In this document: piece after piece, positions 55,393 to 64,000 of the stretch
Layout of the letters: each line of letters opens with the position of its first letter
Position numbering within the stretch: position 1 is the first letter of the stretch
Source of the DNA: Adineta vaga
Lineage: Eukaryota; Animalia; Rotifera
Direction of reading: 5' to 3'
DNA length: 64,000 bases
Assembly: GCA_021613535.1 (NCBI GenBank)
Contig: CP075494.1
Span: 7,812,001-7,876,000 of the forward strand
Program-made: the position numbers and the translations under genes
The notes under the pieces: generated by a model
What the model was told of the DNA's origin: nothing
The model's database searches: none
The model's input: only the letters and a program-made list of their open reading frames with translations

Positions 55393-55448
55393 GTACCCAG
55401 GTAGATCGATCCGATCGGATCCAATATCGGATTTGTCAACCTGGGTAC
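55393..55448. mobile_element. 56-bp imperfect palindrome with TA-flanked CCCAGGT...ACCTGGG termini (mini-MITE or TIR remnant)
   Basis: The left arm GTACCCAGGTAGATCGATCCGAT and the reverse complement of the right arm GTACCCAGGTTGACAAATCCGAT match at 19/23 positions, with a 10-bp spacer. Confidence 0.5.
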
Positions 55449-55937
55449 ACCATTTCTTTTATCATTCAATTATCGAATGATAACTAATGGAAGTATTTAA
55501 TATCTACAATGATATACTGTGCGCACTTGAAATAGTTCGTTTTCACGTATATACATTTCTCGCTGGATATTGTTTGACATGTTCTTCCGAATTATATGAA
55601 TAAAGAAAGTTACTTTTCCGAGTAAGCATTCGCAATATTCTGGTATATAGTGAGAGACCACAGTTAAGATTACTTTCTTTTACTTGTGGCATACGTTCGA
55701 TGGACGACGTATTTATATATTTCAGGATATCTGTGTTAGTATAGTAGTTTATTTGTTTAGATCTTTCGACGATGAAACGTTCTTTAAAAAATAAAACGAA
55801 AAAGAAAGAAAAAGAGCACAAAAAGATAAGTTTTTATTGTTCAGTAATTATATGGGTTCATCATTTTGTTCCTTGTCTTTGAATAATAAACGATATGCAA
55901 AACACCGGTAAGAAGACGCAATGATAAAATATTCATC

Positions 55938-58049
55938 TTATATTGAAAACAATGTTAGAATTAGTATACTGATGAATGATACCGATAGATTTATTGATGA
56001 TGACGAACTCAACGCCAGACTAAGTGTATTTGATGGTGATGAAGATATTGAATTTGTGATTCGATAAGTTTTATCTTCTAATAAGTAGTATTCAAAAAAA
56101 ATGACTTGATATAAAAGCATTCAATGCAGAAAAATAAATACATACCAAAATCTTTGATAGATGATGGTACTTTTGTAATCCATTTTATTGAATATGGATC
56201 ACTATGACGTTCTGCTTTAACAATTTTCGAAAATAAATGATGATGTTCATTATATTCAATTGCTTTATCAGTGGATGATGATGATCCAACTCGAGGATTA
56301 GATTTGTGAGAAATTATCGGAGAATGTCGTTCTTTTTCATTGAGAGATGGTACTGTACTTGAAGATGCTAATGTTCGTTCTAGAAAAAGATCGAATAATA
56401 TGAAAACATCATTCAGCTCTATCAGAGATGGAAAAAATTTATTATTCAATTTTGTAACTATTATGTTGATTTTGATAAATATCTTCTTCAAGCAATGTCT
56501 TATTTCTCTACATCGAACTAAAGTTCAATATGATAGTTCTCATATTCATACAGCAAAAAATTTCAATTAGATTACACAATCATATGATTTTATTATGCAA
56601 TGAAGCGTAATATCGACATTATACATATCATTGTCTAGTCAAAAATGAACATTTTACTTACGATAATCATGTACATTGATTTTTAATTTGTAACATTGTT
56701 GATGAGATGATGATAATGTTGATGTTGAAAGCAAATAATAAGTTTGATTTGAATGAAATTCCAATCCATTTGGTATTGGTAAATACGAACGAAAATTGAG
56801 TGTATATTTCATCACTTCATAAGGACTATTACATGTGATTATAATACGAGTTGTTGGATCTAGATTAAATTGATCTATACTACATAGATCATATTCGTTT
56901 TTAGTTACCTAAAGAAAATAAACAATGACTATTCAAATGAAAAGAAGAAATAGTCATACATACACGATAGATATCATATTGTTCAAAATCATTTAACATA
57001 TATGATTCTTGTTCATCATAAAATGGACATATAAGATCCATTACATCTCCCAAACGTACTTCAAAGATCAATGAATCGTCTTGGTATGGCCTACAGATAT
57101 AAAGTTAAATTATAATTTGTTTGATTTCTATTTCCGCTTTTTATTCTCAAGTGTTCTCTTTTCAATACTTGAAAAACAACCGTCGAAGAAATCTAATTAA
57201 AATGAATACTGTACAGTGAAGGTCATTCGTTTTTCTTTCCTATAACGGATTTAAAATCATAAACGTCTCTACTTTCAAGGTATGAACACATCAAAAGAAA
57301 AACTATATAACCGCTCTGATGCCTTAAAGATGTCAATACTACAAAAATTTATCGTTGAGACGAATAGTCTTTAGTTGAGTACATGTTCTATGTCTAATTT
57401 ACTATATATCAAAGGATGTCCTGTGTTCTTTCAATGATCTAATCAATTTCCTCTGTAGTCCGAATGACATTTCTACGACTAACAATAATCTTTATTTAAA
57501 TAAATGTAGATCTATTGAAAATTTCTGTGTAAAACATCGAGAAAAAAGTCATTATTTTCCATACAAGTGTCTTCTTCAAAGAATTAGATCTAGAATCTTG
57601 TGGACAAAACAAGAAACATAAATGTTCTATTATCTGCTCAACCTTGAGAAAGAAATTATTCTTTATTGTCCTTCGAGAAACATTTTTTTTACATGTTCAT
57701 TACTTATATAACACGTCTATTTCTCAAGCATTGTCAAACAAATAGACAGGCGTATAAGAAATAATGTGATTGACTTAACAACGACTTATATGAACAATTA
57801 TTTCTAATTAAAAGAACGTTACGTATATTATATATATATATATACATATGTAGAAAATGTTTTTTCTTTGCCTAGATAGATCCGATTAATTTATTATTAC
57901 CGAACAAAAAAACGAGAAGGATCGTTTTTCAATTACCTGAATGTTGTATGATTCCAATACAATGATCGAAGAATTACTGAATGTATTGGTTGTTTAATTA
58001 GAAAGACGAATAGAAAAATTAATACTAGAACTAGTTCGTTGATGAACAT
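55938..58049 (-). CDS. Ephrin, predicted GPI-anchored
   Basis: Signal peptide and LYWNHTTF; VRLGDVMDLICP; IYRVTKNEYDLC; ITCNSP..KYTLNFRSYLPIPNGLEFHSNQTYYLLST; C..LKINV. It ends in a Ser-rich spacer and the hydrophobic SVSFISILILTLFSI*, with no cytoplasmic tail. Confidence 0.92.
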
Positions 58050-61000
58050 AGTCTATTTGTCGATGCATCGACTGAATATACACACTGTATGTTATTCAAC
58101 TGACCGTTCTTTTTCACTCTATCGTTCTCTGTCTCTCTCTCGCTCCTCTAAGATGAAGGAAAGAAATGGTCCAATTATCCTTTCTTTCGTCTTCTTTGAT
58201 CTTGACGAGCGAGAACAAGAAGAAGAAGAAGAAGAGTAAGAGAGAGAAAATGCGACTAGTTTGATAGTAAAAAGAAAGAACTCTTTATACACTTGTTCTA
58301 TCGAGACATAATATCGCTAGTTAATTATAGAGTAATATATAAAAGTTATATCTTTGCTCAAACGAAAAACTATCTCGTTTATATTATAGCAATCGGTAAT
58401 TCTATTCTTTTCTTCTGATCATCAATGAAATACCTGACGATATTCAATTCATTGATGCACGTAATTTTTTAGTGCATTCATAAGTGAGTCGGTGAGCATA
58501 CTAATCATCCAAAGTCTATGAATGATCAAAGTATATCATTGTATGTATCACTTATGTGAACAATTGTGAACGTATGCATATATAAAATGCAGGTGAACAA
58601 GGGATTAATGAGTAGAGAAACAGAAAAAAAAGAAGTGGATTCTTACAACTTTATTCATTCTTTGAATACATATCATAATGATATCGAATAAACATGTAGA
58701 AAGAATATCTTCAAAACTTTTGAACAGTCAATATTGTAAATCAATGTAACCGATAATGATGATCTTAAATATCTAAGTGTATATGTGAGAGTTGATTTTC
58801 AAAGAATATAGAATGAATCTCAGTCATTTGTGATGTTATCATATGTGTTTATTCAAGATTCGATTATATCGATCTTTGTACAATCAAAAAAGCACATTCA
58901 CGGAACAAAATGTTGTATGTTTGTTAATGAGCAATCGGATGTATTCTACGTTAGTCTTTATGCAATCTGCAAAAACATATCTCTTCACTCATTCTATCAA
59001 TGAAAGGTCATTTTGATCACGACTGTATAATGTTTGAACGTGTCTGATGAGGTAATAAACTACGCGCCTGTATGATGATAGTTTGTTTGTTTGATTACGT
59101 CAATGATTAATAGATTTTACACCTGAAAATTAGCTCAGTGAAAAAAAAACAAGCTGGACAAACATCAAAAGTCTATACATGAACATGCATATTTGAGTTA
59201 TTCAATATTAGACTTACTTAAATGATGTACGATTCCAATAGACAAGAAACGTATGATGACCATTTGTATAAATTAACAGCAATGTTATTGTCCACAAGTA
59301 TAAAAATAATCTTTTGGAAATTATTTGCGCCATGCATGATTATTATATAGATAAGTCATTTTGGAATTGTGTGATGATGATGATGACGATGAGTTGAACA
59401 TCAAGCTTATAGATAGATCTAAAAGAAAAGGAAAGATCAACGGTAATCGATTCTTTCGAGTTAATTCTCTGAATGAAAGGGAAGAAAAGATATCGTGTTT
59501 GACAAGTTCTATTTATCAGTGAACTATAAAAATCTCATAATTATGTCTTATGTTCTTACTGTCAGACAATAAAGAAAAAGTTCTTGACATCTAACTATTA
59601 TACGTTGTTTTAATAGTAGTAACATCAATCTCCTTAGAACATAACAGACACCCCGGACGTACAAAGCAAATAATGATTATTATCCGCTCCTTTTTTTGTT
59701 GTTGTATACTTCATCATTACTTTCATAGGCGTATTTCTTGATAGTTTGAATCAAGAGTAGATAGTGACAGTCTTCTTTATATTCAAAACTAACTGATGAA
59801 AAGATGACGATGTCCTTGACTTTTCTTTTTAATAAACAAGTAATTCTATCTACCTGACTTGATTGTTCAAACATGAATTTACTTACTCACGTATTCTTGT
59901 GCGTGCAGGTGTTTATCATTATTTTATTATTATATGAGAAGGACTAATCCTACGTATAAAATGAAGAAAACGAACAATGAATGATGATGATAGATATACG
60001 ATGAAGATTGTCGAGACGTGCAGTAACGTCAAGGTCTAATTTTATAGACATAATCAGTGTACGAGCAAGTACGAGCAAAACATTTGATCTTTTCTTACAG
60101 AAGAAAAGAAAAGATAAAGTCTATCAAAAATTAGATAGTTCTTATAATTCTTCTATCTATGTGAAAATATTATTCATTATTTACATATAGACGACACACT
60201 CTTTCCTTTTCTTTTTCTCTAAGTATTATAAATAAGAATATAAAGAAAATGAAGGAAACTCTTTAACTTTCTATTCCCTGAAGATTGATGACAACACATT
60301 CTCTTCGTTTTCTTTGTACAACATGACAACAACAGAAAAAAAAGTCATACTTAAGTTTATCTTTCTTGTTAGTTGATCGATGATAGGTCTACTTACATTT
60401 GATTCAATTACAAAACAAGTGTCATGAATTGACAACATAGTCAAAAGACGTTGGTCTAGTGATTAGAATTCAATTTTATTATGAACAACTCATTCTCAAG
60501 GATCAAACAAGGAAAAAATATATCCTGTCGGAAACTTACTGTTATCATATACTATTAATAACTTTCCTATTAGAAGAAAACTATACTTCATAGAAACGGT
60601 TGGATTTCTATTGATCAAGGTGACTAACATAATGCAATTATTCTCCACTAATGAGAACGATTCTTCATCTAAGTAGCTAATTCGAGATTTTGGTGGAAGG
60701 ATAAGAAAGTTTTTCTTTGTCATATTGAATGAACACTTTATCAGTAATCGTTCTTGTCAATGAGAGAAAACTGATATGATTTGCATATTTATGTATTATT
60801 CTAACTACTATAATGATCAGTGTTTCTTAAAAATTGATTTGCAAATTCATGCTGATAATTTCTTCTAATCATCTTCTTTGCCTTGGAATAGAATTCACAT
60901 TCACCATGTCAAAGATATCCTATCAAATAGTGTTATAGTTGAACAAGGTCGGAGAACTATATCGCATGGCTTAGATATCAACAGCAATAGATGCAGTTAT

Positions 61001-63231
61001 TGATCAATAAAACTGATATAACTATATCTTATTTAATATGTCATCAATGTTTAGAATTTCTTTTTCTTCTGAATTCATCTAATTTTTCATACTTTGTTTT
61101 ACATTGTAAGACATTCGATTGAATTCGAACATAATATATCAAGGTTGTGTGACATACAAATTCATTTCAAACATGTTTCTTTCACAGTTGTTATTATGTT
61201 CACGCGTTCACTCATTCATTCTTTTAATGTTTGATCGTTATCTGTCTTCAATGTACACAACATTAAACAACTTCACACGTAGATAAAATTGATTAGAAAT
61301 AATCGTATTAACAGTTCGCCTTCTATACATATATGAGCACTGTTTCTGTCATCATCATCATCATCTACAACATCACCATCGATTGAAGTGCCATACACAC
61401 GTTCACTCTTGAGAATGTCATCAAGGTCATTTCATTCAGAGAAACACAATACGATATATTGTACATTTTTATAATGAACACAAATTCTTCTAAACACAGT
61501 AAACAAGTCAACGAAAATTATCATAGGGTATGGTTCTTATTTTAATTTCAATTTAAAAAGCATTATATTCTATTCTATACAGATATGCAGCTCGGTTAAC
61601 TCGAGAGAAACATTTTCTTCTTTCATTATCGTTCTATTGTCATCTCTTGCTACTTCTTACCGGTCAATTTTCTCACTCTATTTTTCCCTGTCTATTGTTC
61701 GAAGGATACTTCCTTTTTTTTTCTATTTCGACTCTCTTACTATTGATTCATAATACGGAAATCATCAGTATTGTCTGCTTGAATAGTCTTGATGACGGCA
61801 GCAATCTCTTGAGGCATTAATGAAACAATAGAATCCTACTGACCTCCGTCATTAATCACAAACTCTCTACATCGATAGATTACCTAATACTATTTCATAT
61901 GTCAATGCTACTCATTTACATGTTGGTTAAAGGAAGAATCATTTCATTGCATGATAAACTGCACTTCTTCTATTCATACACAAGACACACATGATGTAAG
62001 TTGAATCATCAGTTTCTCTGGTCAATATATTCATATAAATGTATGTTTCATTGTTTCAAGACGACTTCGTAAGTATGGATTAATTTAATTTTATCCGGTC
62101 ATCTTCGTTAGATTGCTAAGCGATTGATCTACATATTACAGGTAGGTAAAGATGGTTCGCAGTTGCCGACTCTATGATGATGATTGATATCGTATTTAAA
62201 AAGAACTTGACACTTGTATTGATCGCCTAGAAAGAAACAAAATTATACAATCTTATCGTGTTAATAGATGATCTCTTTTAAGTAAGAAAACAGCTGTATG
62301 CCGTTGTTTTGTTGATGGTTAAATAATGATCATGAGAAAATACAGGTGAAACATTTGCATTTGCATTTAGTTTTGTTGTTGCTTCAATAGCAAAGTATTC
62401 ATGACTCAGGGAAATTACTTAGAAATAAATATTTGTATTACTACACTAGGCATCAACAAGAATAACTTTGAACTCTTTCGTCTTTCTTTCATCATATAAA
62501 CAATCATATAGTCATGAGACCATAAAATCCTTTGAACACGTTCTTTTTTTTTAGTGTGTATAGTCTGATGAAAGAATGATAATTATAAGAATGTTGTTGA
62601 TATGTAAACTGCACAGTAGTATTTAATTGAACACAGTAAAACTTAGATTCATATTACCGTCATCTGATCACTTTTGACTTAAAATGTACAATCACTATAT
62701 GCACCGCATCAGTTATGGTGAATGATCATCCAGGTGACGTTTTATTAATTTGATTGAAACGTGTTTTTTTTTGTATTACTATTGTTAAACTTCATTATTT
62801 GTGATTCCGGTGCCATGAGAAATGATTGTCTTCATGTCATACAAGGTTATATTCAATCTTCGAGGAATATAGGGAAAAAACACGATTATTAAAAACATCT
62901 TAATTTTTCCCCAGGTACATTGTCTATACAAGCAAGATTAATCTTCTGTTTTCTATCTCAGATTGTATGCCTAATAGCAGACCAATCCGAGGAAAAGCAC
63001 TTTCATATTTACTATTCTGTCGTCTAAATGATGTCTGTCAACACTTATCGTCATTTCAATATACACATCAAATGAAGCAAAGACATCACTAAGAGTTCTT
63101 TTCTCGTTCGTGTTGAGAAAAGTGATAATGCTTTGAACTATGCAGCTATGTTTTATATATATATAAATGAACGAAAGAAAAGCGAATGGAAGTTATTCTT
63201 CTTTTCTTTCTATCATTATAGATTTGATAGT

Positions 63232-64000
63232 ATGAATTATATTGATCATTTTCAAAAGTATGAAATATGTCGAAAACAATCACAATGCTATCGTCTTCGT
63301 CCACCACCAAAATTACCAATATTTCCAAAATTAATCATTACTAATTCATCTTCTACATCGACAGATTTTCCTCTAAATTTAGACTTTTATTTTATTTTAC
63401 TTGGAATAATTATTTCAATGATTTCAATCTGTTTTCTTTTTATTTTATTTGTAGTTAAGTAAGAATGATTGAATGATCTTAATTTGAAATCTTCTAAATA
63501 CTTATTTATTCATAGAGTTCGAATTTATCGTAAAATACAACAAAATCATCGTCAGACAAACACTACAAGTATTATCGATACATCAACATCGTTACCAAGT
63601 GTAAGAATATAAGACTAATACGAACTGAATTTGTAATTTTTTCTCATTCAGATTTTTCCAACATCATACAATTCTTTGACACCTATTACTCTTACAACAA
63701 ATCGATCTCCATCATTACTGATGATAAATAAATTAAACTCAACTCATCCATTGTATTCAAATTCGGATACACAATTATCCTGCCATAATCGTTCAATAAA
63801 TACATATGAAATTACTCGATTAGCAACAAATCATCAGCACTGTTCCTGTTGTTCATGTACTCTTGAATATTATCAAAATTTACGTTATCTTCACACATCC
63901 CGTCCAGTACCAACATATCACTATTCATGTATATCACCAGTCAGTGATTGTCAACATTCTATATCGAAAAACTCACATTATAAACAACAATGTCTTTGTC
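63232..64000 (+). CDS. Uncharacterised single-pass membrane protein (3' partial)
   Basis: Three in-frame exons: a short ectodomain with C..QC.RLRPPPKLP, the TM FYFILLGIIISMISICFLFILFVV, then a basic stop-transfer segment and an S/T/C/Y-rich cytoplasmic region open to the window end. Confidence 0.7.

Noticed and set aside
58050-63130. Possible hidden gene in the 5-kb gap
   Set aside because: No sustained reading frame or recognisable motif found by eye; treated as intergenic or UTR intron.

Overview
AT-rich eukaryotic genomic DNA with many short (~50-60 bp) GT-AG introns. The gene content (ART+TPR proteins, divergent 7TM receptors) fits a bdelloid rotifer such as Adineta or Rotaria; this is an inference. 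I reconstructed about 20 spliced genes by hand: a Tctex-1 domain protein (partial), an M14A carboxypeptidase, p90 RSK with three in-phase alternative first exons, Mic10, a TRIM-NHL/filamin E3 ligase, an ORP3/6/7-type oxysterol-binding protein, a neuronal calcium sensor, a small secreted His/Arg-rich peptide, an ARL13-like GTPase with a Tyr/Asp-repeat tail, two rhodopsin-class GPCRs, MPPE1, a fungal-like HotDog thioesterase, two ADP-ribosyltransferase/TPR proteins, an AADAC-like esterase, a 9-copy FLRFamide precursor, a GPI-anchored ephrin and a partial single-pass membrane protein. There is also a truncated tRNA-Lys, two decayed gene-like regions and a small TA-flanked palindrome. The best leads are the ART-TPR pair that differ in which catalytic motifs they keep, the histatin-like orphan peptide and the thioesterase HGT candidate. 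Exon boundaries were read by eye and may be off by a few bases.
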